64,000 nt of DNA from an uncultured bacterium (GTDB lineage: Bacteria; CAYUVA01). Numbering within the stretch: position 1 is the first letter of the stretch; each line of letters begins with the position of its first letter. Below, in pieces: positions 39,263-49,900 of this stretch. Made by a program: the position numbers and the translations under genes. Location of the stretch: positions 1 to 64,000 of the forward strand of contig CAYUVA010000002.1 in NCBI GenBank assembly GCA_964448115.1. Reading direction: 5' to 3'. Below the pieces are notes generated by a model. It did not search any database, was not told where the DNA came from, and worked only from the letters and a program-made list of their open reading frames with translations.

Positions 39263-42200
39263 ATGGATATGCACGGCGACCTGGAATCAATTGATCTTAG
39301 CACACTGCTGGAAATACTTTATAAGGGCATGAAGACCGGTGTGCTAACCATCAGGCGAGGGGATGAGACAAAGAAGGTACTTTTCAGAAACGGCGCCATA
39401 ATCTATGCAACCTCGCAGGACAACGAGTATAAGCTCGGAGAGATCCTGGTGCAAAAGAAGATGGCAGATAAAGAGGATATCTCCAAGGCGCTAGAAGCAC
39501 AAGCCGATAGCGATATGAAATTCGGTGAGATACTTCTCCAACAGAAGCTTGTCTCTGAGAAAGATCTCGAAAAAGCGCTGAAGCTGCAAGGAGAAAACGA
39601 GCTGTTCAACCTGTTCTTATGGAAGAGCGGCCACTATGAGTTCGAGGAGAAGGACATCTCGCAAGAGCAGAGCGTTACCCTGCCAGAGTCAATGGTAAAG
39701 CTGATCAAAGAGGGTGCAAAAAGCCTGGATCTATTGCAGAAGATCCGCGCCACCATCGGCTCTACCGAGACAGTGTTAAAACCGGTCCCGAATATAAAGC
39801 AGATGCTGAAGGAGATCTCGCTGACCGGCTTCCAGTGGCAGGTGCTATCGGTTATCGATGGCAAAAAGTCGATGAGCCAGGTAGCACAAGAGCTTGATTT
39901 ACCGCTGGTTGAGACCTACAAGTGCGCGGTGGATCTGCTTAACATGGGATTGCTCATAAGAGACTCCTCGGAGCTTGGCGTTCACTACAACGCCTTCAAT
40001 AATGCCCTAAAGCTGAGCTTGTTGATCAATGCTTATAACTATATATTCTCTCGCGGATACGGCATCCTTAAACGGAGCGCCACGACCCAAGCAAAGGCAC
40101 TGGCTGCAAATATACTCAAACAGGGGGCGGAGAAGTATCCTGGAATATACTCGGAAATCTCAATAGACGAGTATGGTTTCCTGGACCTGGAAAGCCTCTA
40201 TGCCAACATATTCAACACACTAAAGGCAAAGGATCATAATTACATCAGCGAGGCTCTGAACTACCTCTTGATAAATCTCATCACCACCATACGCGATAAC
40301 CTCGGCGATGACGAGACGGAACGACAGCTCAAGGAGTTCGATAGCCTGATACACGAGATGGCTGAACAAAGTAAACAGGTAGTCGATATATTCTCGCAGC
40401 GATTGTCGGATATTACCTCAAAAATACGATCCATACCCTCCAACCTCCAGATCGCCCGCCAGGCAATACATGAAGGGGATGTCAACAAGGCTAAGAACGC
40501 ACTGGCAGCGGTGCCGGATAACAATCCAGACTTCGACGAGGCAAAAAGACTGCTCAAGCAGATTGAAGCTGATAAAGGAACCAGCCTGGAAACCGAGCAA
40601 GAGGTAGAAGAATTTTCTGGCAACTCGGATGATGACCTTTTCGATGTGCTCGACTTCCCTGAAACCCCCGAAGATGATGATGGGTACAAGGAAGAAGAAC
40701 CTTCAGAAACAGGTGAAACAGAGCATGCCTCCGATCGAGTTGATGAGCTTGATGAGCTATTCGGGGATATGATCGAGGAGGAAGGAGAAAAGGAGGAGGA
40801 AGAGAACCAGGTTGTGGATAAAGAGGAAGCAAAGCCTGAAGACGATGATTCCGAGAGCTTCGAGGAAGCGATACTCGCCGAGCTTGAGGCATCGATCTCA
40901 AAACAAGATGCTGATGATGATGCTTCTGCCCGAGAAGTACAACCTGAAGATGAGGTTCAGCAACAACAAAAGGAGATTGAGAAAGAGATCATCGGCGAAC
41001 AGGAATCGGATGACGATAAGCTGGATGAGTTCTTCGAGGAGGAATCGGAGCTTGAGATCGACCCGGCAACAATACTGTTCAACAAAGGAATAACACTATT
41101 CAGAAAAAAAGATTTCATGGGTGCTAAAAGGATCTTCGATGAGATCGTGCAGCGCTTCCCCAAGCACGACGAGGCCAAGAAGTACTCTGATATGGCAAAC
41201 GAGAGAGCCATGTCCCAGTTATTATCCGGCATCGATGCACAAAATGTGAGACCACGCACCATCAAAACCGACTTCAAGAACATAAAAATTACCCCCCAAG
41301 AGGGTTACCTTTTATCCCAGCTTGACGGCAATACAACCCTCAAAGAAGCTGCACATCGCGTCGGGATCAAGATGGAATCGCTAATGGCAAGCCTTCTGAA
41401 ATTCTTCATCAACGATATTGTGGAGATACCAGGGTTAAGAAAGCCTGAACCGCAGCCAGAGCCTTCTGGCAATGTCCAACAGGATGAGGGTAGCCATGTT
41501 GGAGCCAAGGAGGTGCAAGACGAGCTGCCCGACTTCGATGATTTCGATGAGGAGGCGATATCTACCGATATCTCAGGCGAGTATAGCAGTCAGGATATCT
41601 CAAGCGCTGATCTGGATAATGCTGCCGAGAAAAAAAACACGGGCTCAAAAAGCGCCGAATTCAATATCCAAAAATTAGATGAGCAGGATGATGACCAACA
41701 AGGCTACTTGAGGGAGGATGACCTCGACAGCATAGAAAAAGCAGAGATCAAGATACAGGAAAGAAAAATAAGAGCAAAGGTCTATCTTGCACTGAATAAG
41801 GCTAAAAACCAGGATCTTTATTCTTTTTTGGGAGTAAAAAAGGGCGCTAGCCCCGAGATCGTTAAGAAAGCTTACCTTATCAAAACCAAGATCTGCAACC
41901 CAGATGTATATAAAGGATTGCTTGATAAGGAGCTTATCGCCAAGTGCAAGGAGCTGTTTAAGAAATATACCGAGGCTTACGAGACCCTCAGCGATGAGAA
42001 AAAAAGAAGAGAATACGACCGGGATAAAAGGGCACAGCGATCCGAGGAACTTGAAAAGAAAAAAGAGGCTGCCATGTACTTCCAAAAAGGGATGCAAGCC
42101 TTTGATGAACAGGACTTCGAGAGGGCTACCCAATACTTCCGGGAGGCAGTTAAACTCTTCCCCATAAACCCGGTATATCATGCAAAGCTGGAGGAGATAC

Positions 42201-42679
42201 GAAGGATAGATAAGAGCAAACGAGGGATAATTAGATACAAGACCGGCTTGATGGAGTTCGAGCAAAAGAACTACGAGGAAGCCATTAAACACCTTAAATC
42301 CGCCTTCGAGATAAATCCGACAAAGCACGAATGGTTGCTAAAACTTCTGGAAGCCTACAAGAAGGTTCCTAAACTAAAGGACGAATCCCTTGAGTACTAT
42401 GAAAAGTGGATAGAAATGGAGCCTACAAATCCGAAGGTTTACCTGGAGTATGGTAGAGCCTTAAAAAGTGTTGGGAAAAAGAAGGAGGCTGGCGAGCAAT
42501 TCTTCATGGCACTCAAGTGGGACCCACGCAATAAAGAGGCAAAGGAGGCTCTTGGGGAGCTTAAAAAAGAAGGCATCGACATAGTCGCCGAAAAGGAGAA
42601 AGAAAAAAGAGAGGCTGAGAGACTCAAGAAAAACCGCGAAAAGGAACGCGAAAAGGAGAAAAAGAAAAAAAGACAATGA
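39263..42679 (+). CDS. DUF4388 (PatA-N) / acidic linker / TPR / J-like domain protein
   Basis: N-terminal 'GDLESIDL..LL..L....KTGVL.I', 'LFLWKSGHYEF'; D/E-rich region; J-like domain; TPRs. Confidence 0.85.
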   Translation: MDMHGDLESIDLSTLLEILYKGMKTGVLTIRRGDETKKVLFRNGAIIYATSQDNEYKLGEILVQKKMADKEDISKALEAQADSDMKFGEILLQQKLVSEKDLEKALKLQGENELFNLFLWKSGHYEFEEKDISQEQSVTLPESMVKLIKEGAKSLDLLQKIRATIGSTETVLKPVPNIKQMLKEISLTGFQWQVLSVIDGKKSMSQVAQELDLPLVETYKCAVDLLNMGLLIRDSSELGVHYNAFNNALKLSLLINAYNYIFSRGYGILKRSATTQAKALAANILKQGAEKYPGIYSEISIDEYGFLDLESLYANIFNTLKAKDHNYISEALNYLLINLITTIRDNLGDDETERQLKEFDSLIHEMAEQSKQVVDIFSQRLSDITSKIRSIPSNLQIARQAIHEGDVNKAKNALAAVPDNNPDFDEAKRLLKQIEADKGTSLETEQEVEEFSGNSDDDLFDVLDFPETPEDDDGYKEEEPSETGETEHASDRVDELDELFGDMIEEEGEKEEEENQVVDKEEAKPEDDDSESFEEAILAELEASISKQDADDDASAREVQPEDEVQQQQKEIEKEIIGEQESDDDKLDEFFEEESELEIDPATILFNKGITLFRKKDFMGAKRIFDEIVQRFPKHDEAKKYSDMANERAMSQLLSGIDAQNVRPRTIKTDFKNIKITPQEGYLLSQLDGNTTLKEAAHRVGIKMESLMASLLKFFINDIVEIPGLRKPEPQPEPSGNVQQDEGSHVGAKEVQDELPDFDDFDEEAISTDISGEYSSQDISSADLDNAAEKKNTGSKSAEFNIQKLDEQDDDQQGYLREDDLDSIEKAEIKIQERKIRAKVYLALNKAKNQDLYSFLGVKKGASPEIVKKAYLIKTKICNPDVYKGLLDKELIAKCKELFKKYTEAYETLSDEKKRREYDRDKRAQRSEELEKKKEAAMYFQKGMQAFDEQDFERATQYFREAVKLFPINPVYHAKLEEIRRIDKSKRGIIRYKTGLMEFEQKNYEEAIKHLKSAFEINPTKHEWLLKLLEAYKKVPKLKDESLEYYEKWIEMEPTNPKVYLEYGRALKSVGKKKEAGEQFFMALKWDPRNKEAKEALGELKKEGIDIVAEKEKEKREAERLKKNREKEREKEKKKKRQ

Positions 42680-43143
42680 AGTCCAAAGCAAAGGTGGCTG
42701 TGTTTGGAGGAGCAGCTCCGGGAAACGACATGTTACAGATCGCATACCAGGTGGGGAAACTACTTGCGAAGGCTGATGTTGTCCTTTACTGCGGGGGATT
42801 GGGAGGAGTCATGGAGATGGCTGCTAAAGGTGCATCCGATGCCGGCGGAACTACGGTCGGAATTCTACCCACTCCAGGTATCAGCGCTGCCAATCCCTAT
42901 ATAAAGATCCCGGTTGCTACCAATATGGGGCACGCCCGCAACATAATCCTCGCCCACAGCGTAGACGGAGCGATCGCAATAGACGGAGAGTATGGCACTC
43001 TATCCGAGATCTCAATTGCCCTTAAGATCGGTATCCCGGTGGTCGCTATCAAGCCACCGGTCAAGGTACCTGGCATCATCGAGGTTGCCTCTCCCTTACA
43101 GGCTGTACAAGCACTTCTTGACAAGATAGGTTACTCAACCTAG
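42676..43143 (+). CDS. TIGR00725 family LOG-like Rossmann protein
   Basis: CGGLGGVME, GHARN, GEYGTLSEI. Confidence 0.9.
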   Translation: MKSKAKVAVFGGAAPGNDMLQIAYQVGKLLAKADVVLYCGGLGGVMEMAAKGASDAGGTTVGILPTPGISAANPYIKIPVATNMGHARNIILAHSVDGAIAIDGEYGTLSEISIALKIGIPVVAIKPPVKVPGIIEVASPLQAVQALLDKIGYST

Positions 43144-43159
43144 TTTTTTTATACTTGCC

Positions 43160-43438
43160 ATGGCTATTAAAAGAGTAAGGGTTATTATCGAGGGCTTAGT
43201 TCAGGGAGTTGGTTTCAGGTACTTCGTGCAAAGGAAGGCTTTTTCGCTTGGCATTACCGGCTGGGTGCGAAACAGGGCGGACGGAAGGGTCGAGGCGCTG
43301 TTCGAGGGTGAAGAGAATGCAGTTGACATCATGCTTGGCGAGGTAAAGAAAGGTCCATCAATGTCGAGAGTATCCAATGTTAGGATCTTTCTTGAACAGC
43401 CAAGCAAGGAGTTCGAGAATTTTTATATAAAATACTAA
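43160..43438 (+). CDS. acyP: Acylphosphatase
   Basis: GLVQGVGFR, GWVRN. Confidence 0.95.
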   Translation: MAIKRVRVIIEGLVQGVGFRYFVQRKAFSLGITGWVRNRADGRVEALFEGEENAVDIMLGEVKKGPSMSRVSNVRIFLEQPSKEFENFYIKY

Positions 43439-43452
43439 CTGGTCCCGATACT

Positions 43453-44358
43453 TTGAATAAGAATACCCTCACTCAAACTACCGCAGCGCTAGTTCTCAAG
43501 GCTATGCGCCCTAAGCAGTGGACCAAGAATCTCTTCGTTTTCGCAGGCATAATCTTCTCATTCAAGTTCACCGAGCCATTGCTTATTTTTAAGACTCTGG
43601 CAGCGGCGCTTGTATTCTGTGGAGTCTCCGGGGCTGTATATATCATAAATGATATCTATGATTACGAGAAGGATCGCCGCCATCCAGAGAAGTGCAAGCG
43701 ACCTATAGCCTCCGGTCGCCTCAGCATCCCTAGAGCCAAGGGTGCTTTTGTATTTGTGCTTCTTTGCTCGATGATTGCTGCCTTGGTACTGGGAACCGGC
43801 TTTTTTATTGCCTGCGCCTTCTATTTCTTCATGAACCTTGCATATAGCATGAGGCTCAAGAACTATGTAATCTTCGATGTTCTTATCATATCGATAGGGT
43901 TCGTGCTACGAGCCATGGCAGGAGCTTTAGTCATCGATGTCCAGATCAGCGCCTGGCTGCTTGTTTGTACATTATTTCTTGCCTTGTTCTTGGCTCTATG
44001 CAAGCGAAGAAATGAACTGGTGCTCATGGAGGAGAGGGCGGTAAAGCATCGCCTTGTGCTTGCCGAATATACGCCGATGTTGGTCGATGCGATGATAATG
44101 GTAGCAACCACCGCCACGGTGATGTCATACTCGATCTACACGGTCTCGCCTACCGGTGCGTATCACCTGGGGACGAGGTACATGTACCTGACCATCCCGC
44201 TGGTGATCTTCGGCATATTCAGGTATCTCTACCTGGTGCACAGCAAGGGACTGGGCGGAGCACCGGAGCAGGTATTGCTGAAGGATAAGCCGATAATCGC
44301 CGATATTATGATGTGGATTACCCTAACCGTCATCCTGCTCATAACCGGCAGGGCATAA
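43453..44358 (+). CDS. Decaprenyl-phosphate phosphoribosyltransferase (UbiA family)
   Basis: RPKQWTKNLFVF, NDIYD...DRRHPEK..RPIASG, KRRNEL. Confidence 0.9.
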   Translation: MNKNTLTQTTAALVLKAMRPKQWTKNLFVFAGIIFSFKFTEPLLIFKTLAAALVFCGVSGAVYIINDIYDYEKDRRHPEKCKRPIASGRLSIPRAKGAFVFVLLCSMIAALVLGTGFFIACAFYFFMNLAYSMRLKNYVIFDVLIISIGFVLRAMAGALVIDVQISAWLLVCTLFLALFLALCKRRNELVLMEERAVKHRLVLAEYTPMLVDAMIMVATTATVMSYSIYTVSPTGAYHLGTRYMYLTIPLVIFGIFRYLYLVHSKGLGGAPEQVLLKDKPIIADIMMWITLTVILLITGRA

Positions 44359-44371
44359 GGGAAGAGAAAGG

Positions 44372-45538
44372 TCAGATGCCAAGCTTGACATCCTCTGCAT
44401 AGCGCCAAAAAAGGGATTCCATTTCATAAATTATATCGCTTCCATACCGGGCTGCATTTTCTTTTCCATTTTCAACCAATATGCTGGCTAGTTTCTCATC
44501 ATTGATTATCATCTGACAGGCATCTGCAAGTGAGACGAAATCTCCCGCCGGCACCAGCAAGCCGTTTTGTCCATCAACTATAAGCTCCCTGATGCCGCCA
44601 ACATCGGAAGCTATAACTGGAACCCCTGCCGCCTGTGCTTCCAGTACTGCCAGCCCAAAGGTTTCCTCAAAGGAGGGATGGGCTAAGATATCAGCCGCTG
44701 CCAGGAAATCCACTATATCGCTGCGAAAGCCTGGGAAGTGCACACAAGCCTCCAACCCCCATTGACGAGCAAGTAGTCTTAGTTCATCAGCAAACCCGAG
44801 GCTCTCAAGGTGGGTTGAAAACTCCTCCCCAAGAAATACCAGGTGAGCATTGTCTATCTTCTCCCGGATCAGCCTAAAGGCTTTTAGCATGATCATCTGT
44901 CCCTTGCCGGGGTGAAGTCTCCCTACATTGAGGATGATCTTTGCCTGTGTTGGGATGCCGAGTTGGCTGCGAATGCGCTCGCCATCTCCTTGATCGAATT
45001 GCTTTTCAGGCAAGAAATTTGGAATCGTGTGGATCTTGATATCCGGTGCCTGTTCACGCATAGCCCTCTCAAGTGCCTTTGATACAACTATTATCGATTC
45101 TACCTTCCCAAATAGCAGCCGCCGGCTGAGGCTGTAAAAGAACCTCTTATAACCGGTCTTTATGATCGGGAAGGCATGGAGCCAGGCGATGATCTTGGGT
45201 GTCCCCCTGAAAGCAAGGGCAGCGCTAGCAAAATATAAGCTGAACATGGATGTAGGGATACAAAGTTGAATGCTGTTTTCACCCAAGTATCGCCTGATCT
45301 CAAGGATGCTTCGCATGGCAGGAACTAGGTATGGCATATCCTTCTTCCTGGCTTGCAGGTCAACAATGGCAATGTCATCAACCAATGGAAGTGCCTGGTG
45401 GTATAGCTCAGCCTTGAAGGGGAGAATCAGATGGATGCGAAAGCGCTCTCTATCCAATCCCTGTAACAGGTTCAGAAGGGCGATTTCAGCCCCGCCGAGC
45501 CTGCCGAAGTCATCAATGAAACAAAGATGCTGATGGAT
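44372..45538 (-). CDS. GT4 glycosyltransferase (start non-canonical or uncertain)
   Basis: GGAE motif upstream of the called TTG; VGRL..GKG, ETFGLAVLEA. Confidence 0.85.
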   Translation of the reverse strand: MHQHLCFIDDFGRLGGAEIALLNLLQGLDRERFRIHLILPFKAELYHQALPLVDDIAIVDLQARKKDMPYLVPAMRSILEIRRYLGENSIQLCIPTSMFSLYFASAALAFRGTPKIIAWLHAFPIIKTGYKRFFYSLSRRLLFGKVESIIVVSKALERAMREQAPDIKIHTIPNFLPEKQFDQGDGERIRSQLGIPTQAKIILNVGRLHPGKGQMIMLKAFRLIREKIDNAHLVFLGEEFSTHLESLGFADELRLLARQWGLEACVHFPGFRSDIVDFLAAADILAHPSFEETFGLAVLEAQAAGVPVIASDVGGIRELIVDGQNGLLVPAGDFVSLADACQMIINDEKLASILVENGKENAARYGSDIIYEMESLFWRYAEDVKLGI

Positions 45539-45556
45539 CTTTAGCTCAACTCCTCC

Positions 45557-45790
45557 CTATCCCCCGCTGTATGCTGGTTGGATGTGCACCTGCTGACCAT
45601 TAGTCAACGGTTGGCTTGGAGAACTAACCTTTCCATCTATTATTACCAGCACACCTTGGCCGATTATTGGATAGATACGCTCTATGAGGGTCTGAACGGT
45701 CGCATCATCAGGTAGCTGGAGCATTTCTGGCAGATCTTGATATTGCTTATCCTTAAGCGCTCCCTCAAGTATGACTCTTATTTTAATCAT
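45557..45790 (-). CDS. MoaD/ThiS ubiquitin-like sulfur carrier
   Basis: 77 aa, beta-grasp pattern, C-terminal GG. Confidence 0.85.
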   Translation of the reverse strand: MIKIRVILEGALKDKQYQDLPEMLQLPDDATVQTLIERIYPIIGQGVLVIIDGKVSSPSQPLTNGQQVHIQPAYSGG

Positions 45791-45838
45791 CCAACTTTTG
45801 TAAGATTATTTCATGTAACTTAATGTTTTTAGCAAAAC

Positions 45839-46969
45839 CTAAAATACCAGCCGCAGGGCTGCCTGGATCTTGTCATCGCCCTTGTAGGTATTCGACTCCT
45901 CCTTGAGCAGCCCAAATGCTGGGTCATCCTCGCTTGTGTAGATAAGGAACAACTCAAGGTAACTAAGCATAACCAGCCTGCTGCCGATGGTATGTCTTCG
46001 CTTCACCTTCTCCCAAGCCTCCTGCTCAGCATCAATAGCGGGATCATAGCTGCTAAAACCATAGAATAGCTCCAGTATGTCCTCGATTATCTCGCCCTTG
46101 AACTGTACATACCATCCGTTGGCATCGCTTTCATTATTCCCGATAGTGATATCGTCCTTGAATTCATAATAATCGAGGTCTCCCACTTTCACAGGCTTGC
46201 CGTTGAACGATACAAACTCAGCCAGGGCAGCGAACCTTGGAAGCATCAACGATAGATCTACTCCCCAATGGCTGTTTCTCTCCTTGATGGGAGTGGAGTA
46301 CTTGTTTCCATAGTAGCCAGAGAGTCCAGCCGATATCCTGGTCTCCTCGTATTGGAGATAGGCTCCTAACCTGGCGACTCCGCTTTTCGAGCTGTTGGTA
46401 TCAAGGCGCACGCCATCAGAGCCTTCGCCATTAACCAGGGCAGCCCTGGCATCGATACCATGCCCCCGGTAGCCCACAAGCACCCCGGAGTCCCATTCTC
46501 TGCTCCTTTTATGTACCAGGGGGCGATTTATATCCTCCAGGGCGAATGTATCAAAGATTCCGAAGGGCACGCGCACTATGCCCGCCTGCAAGTAGGCGCC
46601 CTGGACAGGGAATCTGTCAAGCTCTATATAGGTATCCTCTGGGGTGAAGCCATCATATTTAAGGCGCTCGTAAGTCCTTGCATGATAGCCGATGCCCTGT
46701 AATGCCCTGCCAGCCAGCCTGAAGGCTAGCCTTTCATCAAAAGCATAATCGATATAAAGACGCGCCTGAGTGCGGAAGGTCGATTCGGTTCCTGTCCAGT
46801 GCAGGCGACGGTCGTTGATGAAGCTTACATCGATCTCGCCGGTAAGATACAGCTTGCGTTCCTCCAACTGATAACCAGGGGAGCGGGTGAAGGCATCCTG
46901 GTAGCAGTAGGATATGTTGCACAAAATGGTTGCGATAAACAGCGCTAAAAGTGATACAGCTTTTTTCAT
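45839..46969 (-). CDS. Outer-membrane porin-like beta-barrel
   Basis: Signal peptide; 'QAG...VPFG', 'DTNSSK', C-terminal Phe. Confidence 0.7.
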   Translation of the reverse strand: MKKAVSLLALFIATILCNISYCYQDAFTRSPGYQLEERKLYLTGEIDVSFINDRRLHWTGTESTFRTQARLYIDYAFDERLAFRLAGRALQGIGYHARTYERLKYDGFTPEDTYIELDRFPVQGAYLQAGIVRVPFGIFDTFALEDINRPLVHKRSREWDSGVLVGYRGHGIDARAALVNGEGSDGVRLDTNSSKSGVARLGAYLQYEETRISAGLSGYYGNKYSTPIKERNSHWGVDLSLMLPRFAALAEFVSFNGKPVKVGDLDYYEFKDDITIGNNESDANGWYVQFKGEIIEDILELFYGFSSYDPAIDAEQEAWEKVKRRHTIGSRLVMLSYLELFLIYTSEDDPAFGLLKEESNTYKGDDKIQAALRLVF

Positions 46970-46986
46970 AATTTCCTCGATATTCA

Positions 46987-49900
46987 TCATTTCAGACTGG
47001 AAAGCTCGAAGCGCTGGATGCGATGGTTCCATGTATCGGTTACATACAGGTACCCATTATGCAGAGCTATTCCAGTAGGCACATTGAACTGCCCATGAGC
47101 TACACCTCTCCTGCCGAACTCAAAGATAAGCTCACCGTTTGAGGTGAACTTCTGAACCTTGTGGTCCTTGGGGGCGCTCACCCAGACATTGCCTTGAGCA
47201 TCCACATCGAGGTAGCTCTCGCCGTAATCAAGCTCATCTCCACCTTCAAGATCCCACTGGCGAACCAGTTTGCCCTGGCTGTCGAATACTATAACCTGCT
47301 TGGTCTTGGTTGAGCAGACATAGATATTGCCATCGATGCCTTGTGCAATGCCTATTGGGCGCTTTAGTTGCTCCTGACCGAAGTCTATTATCTGCTTCCC
47401 ATCGGCATCAAACTTGCGGATGCGGTTGTTTTCAGTATCAGCAACATAGATGAAGCCATCATTTCCAACCGTTATGCCCCTGGGGGCATAAAATCCTTCC
47501 CAACTGGCTATGAGGGTGCCGTTGAAATCGAACTTCTTCACCTTGCCGTTAAAGGTATCGGCAACATAGATAAAGTAATCATCGCTTATAGCAATGCCGC
47601 AGGGGTCGTTGAAGTTTTTATCCTTGTTTCCTCTAGTTCCCCAGGCGGTTATGGGAGTGCCGTCCGGCTTGGCTTTTTGTATGCGATAGTTCCTGAAATC
47701 AGCCACCAGGATTGTGCCATCGGGCGCGGTATCGATATCACGCGGTTCGCTGAAATTCCCCAGCCTTCTCCCTTTGCCTCCACGGTAGATGTTGACCTTG
47801 GCGCCGGGGATGAATGGCACCTCGTCGAAGGATGGCTCTTGCTGCTTAGGCTCCTGGGGGCGATATGGCGTTACCTGTCCCCGTTTCCACATATAATAGT
47901 TGCGCCCAGGAAATAGCTCCATCACCTTCTTGTTTTGTTCTGCACCACGATCATAAGCATACAAGACATCATTGGTCAGCCAGGGATCATTGCCGACGAA
48001 GACGCTCCCCCAGTCCTGCCAGATGTGTGAAAAAGCGATAAATATGATTGCGTTCTCAATGCCCATTCGCTTCACCTGCTCCAGTGTGTGGGTTGTGATG
48101 CCGTTGTAGTTCTTGTAAACGCTACGCATCTTGACGAACAGGTAGCTCTTTAGGTTGTGGCGCACATTGCCGGCGATGAGGATAAGCGCTATTGCAATCG
48201 CCAGCCATGGAAGAATCGGCGGCTTGAAACGGCGGCTGCCACCCCTGATCGGTTTGCAGATTGAGCTGTATATCTCGCCTATACGCCATGCCCCGCGAAT
48301 GGTCAGGATCGTATAAGCCGGCATCGCCTCGTACCAGAACCTAGGTCCATAACAGATGCCGTGATACCACCAGAAAAAGTACCCGGCAGCCAAAAAGAAC
48401 CATATTCCTAGGAAAATATAATCCCAGCGGTTTCTCGACAGGGTGATGAACGGTATCAATAGAAAGGCGAGCGTCATGTACTCATTCCAGCCGAAGAGGA
48501 ACTCGATCAGGTTCTGGAGGTTCTTGAGGATGTTATCCAGCCCCTTGATCGGGGAGTGTCCCCCCAGCCAGCCGACACCCTCGCCGAAGCCCAAGTGATC
48601 CGCTGCCGAGTACGCCTGCAAGGGAAACAAGATAAAGTCTCCAGTCAAAAGGTAGTTGTAAAGGAAAGTACAAGCCAGCAGCGGTAGGATGGCTAACAAA
48701 AACGCCAGGTAAATCTTGAGGTTGCGGCGCAGGTCATGCTTTATGAGATCATAGAAGAAAAGCGCCATGAAGGGAAACGATGCGCCCAAGGAGCTTAGGG
48801 CCCGAGCGTTTGCTGCGAAACCGAGCGCGATCCCGGCTAGCACGGCATACAAGATCCGCCTGCGACGCCGAGCTATAATTATCAGATAGATGAAGATGCA
48901 AAGAAATGTCATGCAGGCTGGATGCTGCATGAAACTTGCACCCATGAAGATGTAAAACGGAGAACTCAAAGTCAAGAGAGAAGCAAATATGCCCAATGTG
49001 CGCCCATAAAGCTCCTGCGCAATAAGAAAGATGAACATCAGCCCTACCGCGCTGACAAATGGCGTAACCAGCCAGGGAATCCCTAACCATACACCGAACA
49101 TGAGTAAGAACGGCTGTACCCACTGGTACTTGCTATACCACTTGCCGTCGCGGTTCACTATCATCTCAAAGTCGAAGGATCCATGCAGCGGCGGCGCCGG
49201 CGCCCAGAGCTTACCCTTGGCGAAGATGCGAGCCTGGTGCAGAGTCGATATCGAATCCTGGACATGAGGGACGCGATCATAGATCTTATCAGCAACCAAA
49301 CCGAGAATGACAAAGGCTGCCAGGAATAAGGCTATCATGTAAATCGAGCCGAAGATGCGGGAGCTATAAGCGCGCTTGAGAAAGCCATTCACCCCTTGAA
49401 CGAGATCTCTCAAGCTGGCAGGGACCAAAGCAGTGATTAGCCCCCTGGGTAAGAATAAACCTATTAAACCAAGCAACAGCGAGGCACCTGCCAATGGAAG
49501 CACGATGAAAATGACCAGGCGAATGGAATTTCGATAGGTCTCAAGGACTATGCGCGCCAGGTCCCTGATGATCGTGTTCAGCCTGGCATCGTAATTCTTG
49601 CAGTTGCGCGGTAATCCGAGTTCGCGCCCCTGGAATCGATACCAGCAGACATCCTTGTCCGGGTTCACCTGGGCGAGCAATCCCTTGTATCCGTCGGTCT
49701 TGGCGATGAGCTGAATCTGCGCCCAGCCGAGAATATCCAATTCCATTGCATAATCATTAAAATCCCGCCTCCTGGTCAGAAGCTCACCGCCTCGCTGAAC
49801 ATAAAGCCTGCCATCTTTTGCTTTCCATGCCCCGGAGCGAACCTCCCATAAGCTGTCATCCAAGGTATTGAATCGATCATGGATGATTACATCATGACTC

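Noticed and set aside
40560-41060. GA-rich low-complexity DNA and long antisense ORFs
   Set aside because: Explained by the Asp/Glu-rich region of the 1138-aa protein.
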